A DNA stretch of 64,000 nucleotides from an uncultured candidate division Zixibacteria bacterium. GTDB lineage: Bacteria > Zixibacteria > MSB-5A5 > RBG-16-43-9. The stretch spans positions 2,112,001 through 2,176,000 of the forward strand of contig OY970208.1 in NCBI GenBank assembly GCA_963713865.1. The letters are read 5' to 3'. The notes under the pieces were generated by a model, which saw only the letters and a program-made list of their open reading frames with translations, was not told the origin of the DNA and ran no database searches. The position numbers were made by a program, and so were the translations under genes. Of this stretch, positions 14,215-23,063 are shown in pieces (the stretch's first letter is position 1; the number at the start of each line of letters is the position of its first letter).

Positions 14215-14607
14215 CTATTTAACTTCTACTATTGCTCCAGCTTCAACTAATTTTGTCCTGATAGATTCTGCCTCTTCTTTGGAAATTCCCTCTTTAATCG
14301 GCTTGGGAGACCCATCCACTAAATCTTTAGCTTCTTTCAATCCTAACCCGGTCAATTCCCTGACCACCTTTATTACCTGTATCTTCTTTTCACCAGCCGC
14401 ATTGAGAAAAACTGTAAATTCAGTTTGCTCCTCAGCGGCCGCCCCGGCTGGAACTGTTCCTGCACCTGCAGCTGGAAATGCTTGAGCCATAGATACTGCT
14501 GGAGTCACCCCGAACTTGTCTTGCAGACTCTTTGATAACTCAGATAATTCCAGGACGGTCATCTTCTCCACCATCTCCACGATTTTCTCTACATTACTTT
14601 TCTCCAA
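14215..14607 (-). CDS. rplL: 50S ribosomal protein L7/L12
   Basis: EEQTEF...[27 protein letters not shown] start with GAGGAGG SD. Confidence 0.97.
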   Translation of the reverse strand: MEKSNVEKIVEMVEKMTVLELSELSKSLQDKFGVTPAVSMAQAFPAAGAGTVPAGAAAEEQTEFTVFLNAAGEKKIQVIKVVRELTGLGLKEAKDLVDGSPKPIKEGISKEEAESIRTKLVEAGAIVEVK

Positions 14608-14698
14608 TTTAACCTCCTCTGCTTTTTCCTCTTTTTTAATAGATGATTTTTTGGTTATACCTTTCTCTTCTTCACTCAGAAAAAATTTACTTCCAGAT

Positions 14699-15220
14699 TC
14701 AATTCTCTTTTTTAGAACTGATTATTGCGTTCAATGTGCCCACAAACTCTCTAAGGATCCCATCCAAACTTCCAATCAAGTTCCTCATACCTGAATCAAG
14801 ACTAGCTATAATCTGTGCATAAAGAATTTCTTTCGGAGGTAGTTTAGCTAATTTTTCTAATTCCTCTCCTTTAAAAAACTTACCTTCCACCCAGAAGAGC
14901 TTTATTCTAGGCTTATTCAGTTTCTTGTTCAACTCGTAAAGTACTTTAGCCGGGGTAACTGGATCCTCATAGCTGAAAGCAATGCCAGTTGAACCCTCCA
15001 GATGCTCAATCACTGAATCTAAAGACAGACCCTTAGCCGCCAATCTGATTAAAGTGTTTTTAGCTACTCTATAATCAACTCCTTTAATCCTTAAATCTTT
15101 TCTTAAGCCTGTTATTTCTTCCACATTGAGCCCTCGGAAATCAGTTAGAAAGAAACTCTTACTTCGACTGAATTTACCTTTTAGTTCCTCAACCACTTTA
15201 GCTTTATCTTCTCTGGACAT
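14699..15220 (-). CDS. rplJ: 50S ribosomal protein L10
   Basis: DFRGLNV...VAKNTL...LAKLP; lies between rplA and rplL. Confidence 0.96.
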   Translation of the reverse strand: MSREDKAKVVEELKGKFSRSKSFFLTDFRGLNVEEITGLRKDLRIKGVDYRVAKNTLIRLAAKGLSLDSVIEHLEGSTGIAFSYEDPVTPAKVLYELNKKLNKPRIKLFWVEGKFFKGEELEKLAKLPPKEILYAQIIASLDSGMRNLIGSLDGILREFVGTLNAIISSKKEN

Positions 15221-15239
15221 CTTTAGTTCCTTTATTCTT

Positions 15240-15941
15240 TTATTTAAATAGAGCTATGATCGATTGGGTATTCAACTTTACACCTATTCCCATGGTAGAG
15301 GAAAGGGTAATATTTTTCAGATATTGCCCTTTAGCTGAGGATGGCTTAGCTCTGATGATCGCATCTAATAGCATCTTGGCATTATCGTAAAGGTTTTCCG
15401 CAGAAAATGATGCTTTACCTATAGCCACACCTACATTACCAGCTTTATCCACTCTGAACTCAACCTTTCCAGCCTTTAGCTCTTTAACAGCTTTAGCCAC
15501 ATCAAAAGTTACAGTTCCAGATTTTGGGTTAGGCATAAGCCCTTTTGGACCTAAGATCTTTCCTAATTTTCCTATAGTACCCATCATATCCGGGGTAGCT
15601 ACTATGGCATCTACATCTGCCCAGCCAGAACTGATTTTCTCTGTATATTCATCCGACCCAACAAAATCTGCACCAGCTTCTTTGGCTTCCTTTTCTTTCT
15701 CTCCTTTGGTCAAGACTAAAACTCTAACTTTTTTACCAGTACCAAAAGGAAGAACCACATTACCCCTGACTATCTGATCAGAATATTTAGGGTCCACCCC
15801 TAACCTGATTGATAGCTCTATGCTTTCATCGAATTTGGCAAAAGCATTCTCCTTTACGAATTTTATCCCCTGGTTTAAAGTGTACTCTTTAGAACTATCT
15901 AATTGCTCTGTAGCTTTTCTATACTTTTTGCTTCTTTTCAT
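15240..15941 (-). CDS. rplA: 50S ribosomal protein L1
   Basis: [21 protein letters not shown]. Confidence 0.98.
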   Translation of the reverse strand: MKRSKKYRKATEQLDSSKEYTLNQGIKFVKENAFAKFDESIELSIRLGVDPKYSDQIVRGNVVLPFGTGKKVRVLVLTKGEKEKEAKEAGADFVGSDEYTEKISSGWADVDAIVATPDMMGTIGKLGKILGPKGLMPNPKSGTVTFDVAKAVKELKAGKVEFRVDKAGNVGVAIGKASFSAENLYDNAKMLLDAIIRAKPSSAKGQYLKNITLSSTMGIGVKLNTQSIIALFK

Positions 15942-15966
15942 ATTAACTGACCTTTAGAAAAAAAAA

Positions 15967-16392
15967 TTAGTCGATAACCTCAATTCCCATATTCCTTGCT
16001 GTTCCTTCTATCATTAACATGGCTTTTTCCAGACTACCAGCATTCAGGTCCGGCATTTTCAGTTCAGCAATCTCCTTGATCTGGGCTTTAGTTACTTTCC
16101 CTACTTTTAATCGATTAGGCTCTCCAGAACCTTTCTCAATCTTAGCTGCCTTTTTAAGCAATACTGCGGCTGGAGGTGTTTTGGTGATAAAGGTAAAAGT
16201 TTTATCCGCATAGATAGTGATAATAACAGGAATAATCAGCCCAGATTGACTCTGAGTTTTAGAATTAAAAGCTTTGCAGAATTCCATAGTATTCACACCG
16301 TGCGGACCTAAAGCTGGACCAACAGGCGGCGCAGGGTTGGCATTACCTGCCGGGATCTGAAGTTTAACTGTTGCAATAACTTTCTTTGCCAA
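15967..16392 (-). CDS. rplK: 50S ribosomal protein L11
   Basis: [17 protein letters not shown]. Confidence 0.98.
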   Translation of the reverse strand: MAKKVIATVKLQIPAGNANPAPPVGPALGPHGVNTMEFCKAFNSKTQSQSGLIIPVIITIYADKTFTFITKTPPAAVLLKKAAKIEKGSGEPNRLKVGKVTKAQIKEIAELKMPDLNAGSLEKAMLMIEGTARNMGIEVID

Positions 16393-16421
16393 TTTTTCTC
16401 CTTGATGTAATAAATTTTAAA

Positions 16422-16961
16422 CTATACTGGCTGAACCTGTAGAAAATCAAGCTCAACTGGAGTAGGACGACCGAAGATACTCACCATAACTTTAAGCTGT
16501 TTCCTCTCCATATTCACTTCGCTGACAAAACCTGAGAAATCGGTAAAGGGACCATCGATTACCTTAACCGGGTCACCAGCTTTAAAGGGAACCTCTTCAA
16601 AATCTCTGGTTTTCCCTCTTTCCGCCTGGCTCAAAACTCTTTTTACCTCATTTTCCCTAAGCGGAACCGGTTTCCCTCCGGTACCTACAAAACTTGTTAC
16701 CCCCGGAGTAGAGGTAACCAGATGCTGTGTTTCTTTGGTGAGCTCCATCTCAATCAGAATATAGCTGGGCAAAAACTTCTTTACGGTAGTGGTCCTTTTC
16801 CCCTGTTTCATCTCTAAAACAGTCTCAGTAGGAACTAAAACCCTACCCACTTTATCCTGTAACCCTCGATTCACCACCTCATTCTCCAGATATCTCTTTG
16901 CTTTTTGCTCATGACCGGAATAGGTATGAGCAACATACCATTTTTTCTCAGACTTTGTCAT
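16422..16961 (-). CDS. nusG: Transcription termination/antitermination factor NusG
   Basis: [12 protein letters not shown] motif [13 protein letters not shown]. Confidence 0.98.
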   Translation of the reverse strand: MTKSEKKWYVAHTYSGHEQKAKRYLENEVVNRGLQDKVGRVLVPTETVLEMKQGKRTTTVKKFLPSYILIEMELTKETQHLVTSTPGVTSFVGTGGKPVPLRENEVKRVLSQAERGKTRDFEEVPFKAGDPVKVIDGPFTDFSGFVSEVNMERKQLKVMVSIFGRPTPVELDFLQVQPV

Positions 16962-16962
16962 A

Positions 16963-17148
16963 TTATCTGAATATGAAACTTATGAAAACTGCTAATACTT
17001 TATCTACTCCTCCGATAAAGAGGGCTAAAATTAAAGATAGCAGTATGACAATTACCGTGGAGCCCATTAACTCCTGTTTAGATGTCCAGGTAACTTTGGT
17101 CAGCTCTAACTTTACTTCTTTTAAAAAATTCTTAATCTTTTCGAACAT
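16963..17148 (-). CDS. secE: Preprotein translocase subunit SecE
   Basis: FLKEVKLELTKVTW plus one TM helix; upstream of nusG. Confidence 0.95.
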   Translation of the reverse strand: MFEKIKNFLKEVKLELTKVTWTSKQELMGSTVIVILLSLILALFIGGVDKVLAVFISFIFR

Positions 17149-17198
17149 TCTATTTAAAATTTTTAAAGGTTATAAAAACAAAAATATTTAACCCTTTA

Positions 17199-17272
17199 CA
17201 GGTCTGGAGGGATTCGAACCCCCATCATCCGGTTTTGGAGACCGGCGCTCTAGCCATTAGAGCTACAGACCT
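17199..17272 (-). tRNA. tRNA-Trp(CCA)
   Basis: AGGTCTG...CAGACCTG acceptor stem, anticodon loop CTCCAAA, GTTCGAATC; CCA not encoded. Confidence 0.95.
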
Positions 17273-17308
17273 GTGAAACTAAACTGTTTATTCTCCTTTT
17301 CTTCTAAA

Positions 17309-17461
17309 CTACCTAACCTCTTTATGCAAAGTATGCTTACGACAGAAGGGGCAATATTTTTTGAATTCCACCCTATCTGTATGTTTCTTTTTATTCTTCG
17401 TCTCAGTGTAATTCCTTTGTTTACACTCACCACAGGCTAAAGTAATAATTTCTCTTGGCAC
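17309..17461 (-). CDS. rpmG: 50S ribosomal protein L33 (Zn-binding form)
   Basis: Manual translation [18 protein letters not shown]...[20 protein letters not shown] start; shorter than the ORF-track cut-off. Confidence 0.96.
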   Translation of the reverse strand: MPREIITLACGECKQRNYTETKNKKKHTDRVEFKKYCPFCRKHTLHKEVR

Positions 17462-17523
17462 GATTTTCTTTTATTTTTTAACGTTTGAACCTTTGTCCCG
17501 CCAAAGGCGGGATTAAACTTTTT

Positions 17524-18729
17524 TTACTCTATTATATCCGTTACTGCACCTGCTCCTACCGTCCTCCCACCCTCCCGTATGGCAAATCTTAACGTCTTCT
17601 CCATCGCTATTGGCCCTATCAACTCTACACTCATATTCACATTGTCTCCCGGCATCACCATCTCCACCCCTTCCGGCAACTTGATTATCCCGGTCACGTC
17701 TAAAGTCCGAAAATAAAACTGCGGACGATACCCGTTGAAAAAGGGCGTATGCCTGCCTCCCTCCTCTTTGGTCAATACGTATACCTCTGCTTTAAATTTG
17801 GTATGCGGGGTTATACTACCCGGAGCCGCTATCACCATCCCTCGCTCTAACTCGTCCTTCTCTATCCCCCTTAATAATATCCCGATGTTGTCTCCGGCCT
17901 GCGCCTCGTCTAATAACTTCCGAAACATCTCTACCCCTGTCACTACGGTCTTACGCGTCTCCTTCAATCCTACTCGCTCTACCTCATCCCCTACCTTCAC
18001 CCGTCCTCGCTCTACCCTGCCCGTCCCTACTGTCCCCCTGCCGGTTATACTGAAGACATCCTCTACCGGCAGCAAAAAAGGCTTGTCTACGTCTCGCTTG
18101 GGTAACGGTATGTAATTGTCTACCGCTTCCATTAACTCATAGACGCTCTTGAACTCCGGCGAATCCTTTACCTCCAGCTTGGCTGACTCGGTCATGGCCT
18201 TTAACGCACTACCCCGTATCACCGGTACCTCATCACCGGGAAATCCATACTTCTTCAGTAAATCCCTCACCTCTAACTCCACTAAATCCAATAACTCCGG
18301 ATCATCTACCATGTCTACCTTGTTCAAATATACGATGATATACGGCACTCCTACCTGACGCGCTAATAATATGTGCTCACGGGTCTGCGGCATCGGCCCA
18401 TCTGCTGCCGATACTACTAATATCGCCCCGTCCATCTGCGCCGCTCCAGTCACCATGTTCTTTACATAGTCCGCATGCCCTGGACAATCTACGTGCGCAT
18501 AATGCCGCTTGTCGGTCTCATACTCCGCATGATGTACGTTGATGGTTAACCCCCTGGCTTTCTCCTCCGGCGCATTGTCTATCTCCTCGTAACTCTTGGC
18601 CTGCGCTAATCCACGCCGCGATAATACCATGGTTATCGCCGCGGTCAACGTGGTCTTCCCGTGATCTACATGCCCTATCGTCCCAATGTTTACATGCGGC
18701 TTGGTCCGCACAAATTTAGCCTTGGCCAT
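17524..18729 (-). CDS. tuf: Elongation factor Tu (tRNA-operon copy)
   Basis: Identical to 1613-2818 except one V/A substitution. Confidence 0.99.
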   Translation of the reverse strand: MAKAKFVRTKPHVNIGTIGHVDHGKTTLTAAITMVLSRRGLAQAKSYEEIDNAPEEKARGLTINVHHAEYETDKRHYAHVDCPGHADYVKNMVTGAAQMDGAILVVSAADGPMPQTREHILLARQVGVPYIIVYLNKVDMVDDPELLDLVELEVRDLLKKYGFPGDEVPVIRGSALKAMTESAKLEVKDSPEFKSVYELMEAVDNYIPLPKRDVDKPFLLPVEDVFSITGRGTVGTGRVERGRVKVGDEVERVGLKETRKTVVTGVEMFRKLLDEAQAGDNIGILLRGIEKDELERGMVIAAPGSITPHTKFKAEVYVLTKEEGGRHTPFFNGYRPQFYFRTLDVTGIIKLPEGVEMVMPGDNVNMSVELIGPIAMEKTLRFAIREGGRTVGAGAVTDIIE

Positions 18730-18801
18730 CTTACTTTACCTCCAAACTTTTTGTTTTCTTTTTTTCTTTTTTAACTCTTTTAAAATTTATTACGCTTAAT
18801 G

Positions 18802-18874
18802 AGCCCACGACCAGGATTGAACTGGTGACCTCATCCTTACCAAGGATGTGCTCTACCGACTGAGCTACATGGGC
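18802..18874 (-). tRNA. tRNA-Thr(GGT)
   Basis: GCCCATG...CGTGGGCT, anticodon loop TTGGTAA, GTTCAATC. Confidence 0.95.
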
Positions 18875-19032
18875 TAATAAATTTTTCTAATCCATCTAAC
18901 TTTTTATTTAACCGTTAACTATTATTTTATCAGTTCACTTAGGTTCAAATTTTAAAAAAATAAATAATATCTTCTCACTCAGTTGAGTGTAAAAATTATA
19001 AAAACACTCAACTGCTTATACGACAAAAATTT

Positions 19033-19060
19033 AATATAATATCACTATTTTTTTTGTCAA
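19033..19060 (-). promoter_or_regulatory. Sigma70-type promoter for tRNA-Thr/tuf
   Basis: TTGACA-16 nt-TATATT. Confidence 0.6.
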
Positions 19061-19070
19061 GCAAAATATT

Positions 19071-19619
19071 TTAAATTTTTGTATGTGGGAGGCTGATGTC
19101 TACCTTGTCACCATTTAACTTTACTATCCTGCCCGGACTACCAACCACTGTAGCATTATCAGGTATATCGTGCATAAATATGAAAGTGTTTGCCCCTATT
19201 TTTACATTATTCCCCACCCTGACCGACCCCAGGATAATAGCTCCGGTTCCAATTGTTACATTATATCCCAGGGTAGGATGCCTTTTACCTTTATGTTTAC
19301 CAGTTCCACCTAAAGTGACATTATGAAACATCACACAACTTCTCCCAATCTCAGCAGTCTCTCCTATGACAACTCCCATCCCGTGATCGATAAAAAAACC
19401 TTTGCCAATTTTTGCCCCGGGATGAATTTCCACTCCGGTCAGGAAGCGGGATATCTGCGAGATCAATCTTGGGAAAAAAGGGATTTTAATTTTCCAGACC
19501 AGATGACAGAATCTGTGAATCAAAATCGCATGCAATCCCGGATAAAGTAAAAATTCGATATTCCTAATTGCCGGATCATTCCGGTATATCGCTTTTATAT
19601 CCTCAAATATTGTAATCAT
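19071..19619 (-). CDS. cysE: Serine O-acetyltransferase
   Basis: DPA...YPGLHA...TGVEIHPGAKIG...FIDHGMGVVIGETA...KRHPTLG. Confidence 0.95.
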   Translation of the reverse strand: MITIFEDIKAIYRNDPAIRNIEFLLYPGLHAILIHRFCHLVWKIKIPFFPRLISQISRFLTGVEIHPGAKIGKGFFIDHGMGVVIGETAEIGRSCVMFHNVTLGGTGKHKGKRHPTLGYNVTIGTGAIILGSVRVGNNVKIGANTFIFMHDIPDNATVVGSPGRIVKLNGDKVDISLPHTKI

Positions 19620-19655
19620 AGAATCCTTTTTAGATAAATTTAAGCTATACTATAT

Positions 19656-20570
19656 TTATTCTTTGAAAAGGTCAGTACTCAAGTATCTTTCAGCTGAATC
19701 TGGTATAACCACAATTACAAGTTTACCCTTTCCAGCCTTTTTAGCTACGGTGAGAGCAACAAATAGATTTGCCCCGGCGGATATACCGGCTAAAATCCCT
19801 TCCTCTTGGGCTAATCTTTTTGAGGTGGCAATAGCATCTTCATTCGAGACACAGATTATCTCGTCAACATTTTGTGGGTTATAGATTTTAGGAACAAAAC
19901 CAGCACCGATCCCCTGAATTTTATGTTTACCTGGTTTACCACCGGAGAGAACCGGTGAATCTTTAGGTTCCACTGCGATATTCTTACAGCCATATCTCTT
20001 TTTCAGAACCTCTCCTGCTCCGGTTATAGTTCCTCCTGTGCCAACTCCTGCTACAAAATAATCCAATTTCAAATCTCCTAAATCATCTATTATTTCCTTG
20101 GCTGTAGTCTCTCTATGGATTTTGGTATTAGCAGGATTCTCAAATTGTTGAGGTTGAAAATACCCTTCTTGTTCTGACATCTCTCTAGCTTTATCTACGG
20201 CTCCTTTCATTCCCAAAGCCCCATCCGTTAATACCAACTCAGCCCCTAAGAATTTCAACAAAGCCCTTCTTTCTAAACTCATCGTCTCTGGCATAGTGAA
20301 AACACACCTGTATCCTTTAACGGCTGATACCATCGCTAAAGCAATTCCGGTATTTCCGGACGTGGGCTCTACGATAGTCATTCCAGGTTTTAACTTACCC
20401 TTCTTTTCAGCGTCTTCAATCATTGAAAGCCCGATTCGGTCTTTAATCGAGCCAGCCGGATTAAAAAACTCTAATTTTGCTAAAAGAGTCGCATCTTCTG
20501 GACTGGTAAGCTTATCGATTTTAACTAACGGAGTCCGTCCAATAGTCTCCAGGATATTATTATAAATCAT
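19656..20570 (-). CDS. cysK: Cysteine synthase A
   Basis: [14 protein letters not shown] lysine, [22 protein letters not shown]. Confidence 0.96.
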   Translation of the reverse strand: MIYNNILETIGRTPLVKIDKLTSPEDATLLAKLEFFNPAGSIKDRIGLSMIEDAEKKGKLKPGMTIVEPTSGNTGIALAMVSAVKGYRCVFTMPETMSLERRALLKFLGAELVLTDGALGMKGAVDKAREMSEQEGYFQPQQFENPANTKIHRETTAKEIIDDLGDLKLDYFVAGVGTGGTITGAGEVLKKRYGCKNIAVEPKDSPVLSGGKPGKHKIQGIGAGFVPKIYNPQNVDEIICVSNEDAIATSKRLAQEEGILAGISAGANLFVALTVAKKAGKGKLVIVVIPDSAERYLSTDLFKE

Positions 20571-20676
20571 AAAATCCTACCTCTTAAGACAACTACTACT
20601 TTACGTAAGTTTTTGCTTTAGATGGAATTACAGATATGTTATCGCCAGATTGTTCAAAATCTTAACAGGGGAATGA

Positions 20677-20755
20677 GAGTTCGTTCGTTTGATCGTTTGG
20701 AGTTTGAAGATTTTCGAACAAACTAACAAACTAACAAACTTCCAACTGTATTTCC
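20677..20755. repeat. tRNA-downstream palindromic spacer made of AGTTTGTT-like octamers (copies at 21604-21654 partial, 21729-21814, 21884-21971)
   Basis: Shared minus-strand GG(G/A)AATACAGTT..AGTTT start; gttt tracts face inverted aaac tracts. Confidence 0.85.
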
Positions 20756-20838
20756 TGGAGAGGGGAGGATTCGAACCTCCGAAGGCGATAGCCGACAGAT
20801 TTACAGTCTGTTCCCTTTGGCCGCTCGGGAACCTCTCC
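20756..20838 (-). tRNA. tRNA-Tyr(GTA)
   Basis: GGAGAGG...CCTCTCCA, anticodon loop CTGTAAA, long variable arm. Confidence 0.95.
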
Positions 20839-20880
20839 AAAAAGCAGTTTAGGAGTTTATAAGTTTAAAAGTTTATACCC

Positions 20881-21258
20881 TCAATCTACTTTACGGAATG
20901 AATTTATAAGGGCTACCAGTAAGGTTAAAACCTCCTTACTTTTATTTATTAAAATATCCTAGCTAACTTTATCAAAATATTTTTGCCGAAAGGCTAATTC
21001 AAAATAGGTTATTGCTTCAGCTAAAGATCCTTTGGCAACAAACAGGAATTGAATAAATTCCTTTTTTGACTGCCTAAAACTACCTTCGGCAATATTAGCC
21101 GGAACTGAATTAATCGCTTTAAAAAGCTGAGGTATAAGTATGTTCGACTCCCTTTTAGGAAATTTCTCTGAAATCTGGTAAACAGTATCTGCCAGCTCAA
21201 CTGCTTTTTGCCAGACAATCAATTTTCTGAATCCAAAATCTTTTTCTTCTTTTTCCAA
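20881..21258 (-). pseudogene. Four-helix-bundle protein (23S rRNA IVP/Avd-like family) with in-frame TAG at 20959-20961
   Basis: FRKLIVWQKA...FP...QL...SVPANIAEG...F...AKGSLAE; reading through the TAG gives DILINKSKEVLTLLVALINSFRKVD, consistent with the missing last helix. Confidence 0.85.
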
Positions 21259-21302
21259 CTCTTAAACCTTCTAAACCTCTTACACTTTTAAACTGTCTTT
21301 TT

Positions 21303-21364
21303 AGCGGGAGACGGTATTCGAACCCGCAACCAATCCAGATGGATGACTCTAGCCAATGGAGTTA
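21303..21364 (-). pseudogene. Partial tRNA-Gly-like copy with anticodon arm replaced; overlaps the GIY-YIG stop codon
   Basis: TAACTCCATTGGCTAGAGTC-ATCCATCTGGAT-TGGTTGCGGGTTCGAATACCGTCTCCCGCT. Confidence 0.85.
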
Positions 21365-21603
21365 ATGTTTCTCAACAATTTCTTGAAATCCTTACTTTTT
21401 ATATCCTTTAAAACCCTCTCTCTCTTTATCGCTTTCCCTCTGGTTGGAAATTTTTCCACATAAATCAACTCAAGAGGTACTCGTTTTTTTGTTGACTTAA
21501 TCCTTCCAGAATTGTGATACTGTAATCTCTGTTCAAGGTTCGAGGTTTGGCCAATATAAAGATTCCCATCCTTCTGGCTTTTTAAAACATAAACGTAATA
21601 CAT
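21349..21603 (-). CDS. Small GIY-YIG nuclease
   Basis: MYYVYVL...YIGQT..LEQRL..HN.G...ST...E...RE..LK; ATG at 21603. Confidence 0.92.
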   Translation of the reverse strand: MYYVYVLKSQKDGNLYIGQTSNLEQRLQYHNSGRIKSTKKRVPLELIYVEKFPTRGKAIKRERVLKDIKSKDFKKLLRNINSIG

Positions 21604-21654
21604 TTTAATTTCTCTTACCAACGAATAAACTGACAAACTTTAAACTGTATTCCC

Positions 21655-21728
21655 AGCGGGAGACGGGATTCGAACCCGCGACCAACAGCTTGGAAGGCTG
21701 TGACTCTAGCCAACTGAGTTACTCCCGC
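21655..21728 (-). tRNA. tRNA-Gly(TCC)
   Basis: GCGGGAG...CTCCCGCT, anticodon arm ACAGC-CTTCCAA-GCTGT. Confidence 0.95.
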
Positions 21729-21814
21729 AGAAAGAGAGTTTGTTCGTTTATTTGTTTGGAGTTTGAAGATTTTCGAACAAACTTACAAACTAATAAACTC
21801 CAAACTGTATTCCC

Positions 21815-21883
21815 AGCGGGAGATGGGCTTCGAACCCGCGACCAATCCAGATGGATGACTCTAGCCAACTGAGTTACTCCCGC
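21815..21883 (-). pseudogene. Full-length tRNA-Gly-like copy lacking an anticodon loop
   Basis: Matches 21655-21728 except that the 17-nt anticodon arm is replaced by ATCCATCTGGAT and there are two T-arm substitutions. Confidence 0.9.
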
Positions 21884-21971
21884 AGAAAGAGAGTTTGTTC
21901 GTTTGTCAGTTTGACCGTTTGGAGCTATTTCGGACAAACGTACAAACTAACAAACTCCAAACTGTATTCCC

Positions 21972-22043
21972 AGCCGATGAGAGGGATCGAACCTCCAACC
22001 AACTGATTACAAATCAGTTGCTCTACCATTGAGCTACATCGGC
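21972..22043 (-). tRNA. tRNA-Thr(TGT)
   Basis: GCCGATG...CATCGGCT, anticodon loop TTTGTAA. Confidence 0.95.
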
Positions 22044-22064
22044 GAAATTTCTTTTATTATGTTA

Positions 22065-22092
22065 ATTATAATTTTTCAAAGAACAAAGCCAA
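22065..22092 (-). promoter_or_regulatory. Probable promoter of the tRNA cluster
   Basis: TTGGCT-16 nt-TATAAT about 20 nt upstream of tRNA-Thr. Confidence 0.5.
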
Positions 22093-22130
22093 AATCTATA
22101 CGAAATATTTTTGTTGTTAATACAATTTAT

Positions 22131-22961
22131 TTAAAGCTTCTCAGACCCTACCCCTGCTGGAGCTAAAACTTTGAATTCATCCCTTTCAATTAAGCTGATA
22201 GCTTCATTTGGACAAACCGCTCTACAAATTCCACACCCGTAACATCTTTGAGGGTCTATACTGCATTTTTCATTAAAAGCAGAAAAAAGTATAGCTCCAT
22301 ACTGGCAGAACTTCTTGCATTCCTTACACCCGGTGCATTTATCCCAGTCTGTGACACCCACGTATTCTGCTTTAAAGAACATGGGGATATTATAATTGAA
22401 GCTCATCTGATATGCTAAACAATCAGAATCGCAGTTGCAAAGCCCGCCGATAAAGGGAGTTTGGAAAGTCCAGACCGAGTGAACCAGCCCCTGCTCATCC
22501 ATCACTCTGAAAGCCTGCTTGGCCTGCTCCTGGCTCAGAACTTCGAAATCGCGAGTGAGGTCAGGAAATTCATCAAAAATTCCCTTCACCGGCGCACTGA
22601 TCCCAAAACAGTATCTCACTTCCTTGCCCAACGTAACTTTTCGGCACACACAGGGAAGCCTGACCACCACTTTCACCAGATCCACGATCTTCTCAATATC
22701 CTCAATCGAAACGATCTGCCCATAGTGAACCTTCTTCTGTTTTCTTACCACCAGATTCCTCATAAATCTCTTGACAAAATTAGGTCCTTTGCGAAGAGAA
22801 TCCATTTCAGAAAGTATTTTGGATGTATCCCCGGTAAACTCCCTGAAAAATTTCCGCATAAACTCATCGCTTTTCTTCTGGTGAAACAGCTCCTCAGAAT
22901 AGTTTTTCATCAGAAGATACCATTTCTTCCCCTCGCCGTGCTGATGACAGAACTCACACAT
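22131..22961 (-). CDS. 4Fe-4S dicluster ferredoxin-domain protein
   Basis: CTGCKECKKFC and CYGCGICRAVCP plus CVCR and LCNCDSDC; ATG at 22961 with AGGAG SD. Confidence 0.85.
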   Translation of the reverse strand: MCEFCHQHGEGKKWYLLMKNYSEELFHQKKSDEFMRKFFREFTGDTSKILSEMDSLRKGPNFVKRFMRNLVVRKQKKVHYGQIVSIEDIEKIVDLVKVVVRLPCVCRKVTLGKEVRYCFGISAPVKGIFDEFPDLTRDFEVLSQEQAKQAFRVMDEQGLVHSVWTFQTPFIGGLCNCDSDCLAYQMSFNYNIPMFFKAEYVGVTDWDKCTGCKECKKFCQYGAILFSAFNEKCSIDPQRCYGCGICRAVCPNEAISLIERDEFKVLAPAGVGSEKL

Positions 22962-22999
22962 ATATTTCTCCTGGATTAAGTTGGAATCCAATCCCAGTG

Positions 23000-23025
23000 C
23001 TTGCCAGGTCCCCTGACCTGGCAAG
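23000..23025. repeat. CTTGCCAGGTC-CCCT-GACCTGGCAAG palindrome (degenerate copy at 29893-29918)
   Basis: Perfect 11-bp inverted repeat; second copy shares gtgcttgccaggtcccct. Confidence 0.75.
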
Positions 23026-23063
23026 TCAAGGGGTGGAAAAGTTTGACTAATCTCTTTCTCTTT

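Noticed and set aside
14690-14701. Selenocysteine readthrough of the rplJ TGA
   Set aside because: No SECIS-like hairpin follows, and L10 is already full length.
20881-21258. Diversity-generating retroelement suggested by the Avd-like fold
   Set aside because: No reverse transcriptase and no template/variable repeat pair differing at adenines was seen.
21303-21728. Integrase-type genomic island with the tRNA-Gly 3' duplication as att site
   Set aside because: There is no integrase, the cargo is under 300 bp, and the duplicate includes the D-arm and a substituted anticodon arm.
20628-21937. ORF-track entries 20628-20840, 21690-21872 and 21719-21937
   Set aside because: They overlap tRNA genes and spacer repeats and are shadow ORFs.
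20677-22043. CRISPR array (regular repeat-spacer appearance)
   Set aside because: The repeats are about 85 nt and degenerate, the intervening units are tRNAs, and no cas genes are present in the window.
17199-22043. tRNA genes lacking encoded CCA
   Set aside because: Common in many bacterial lineages and not notable by itself.
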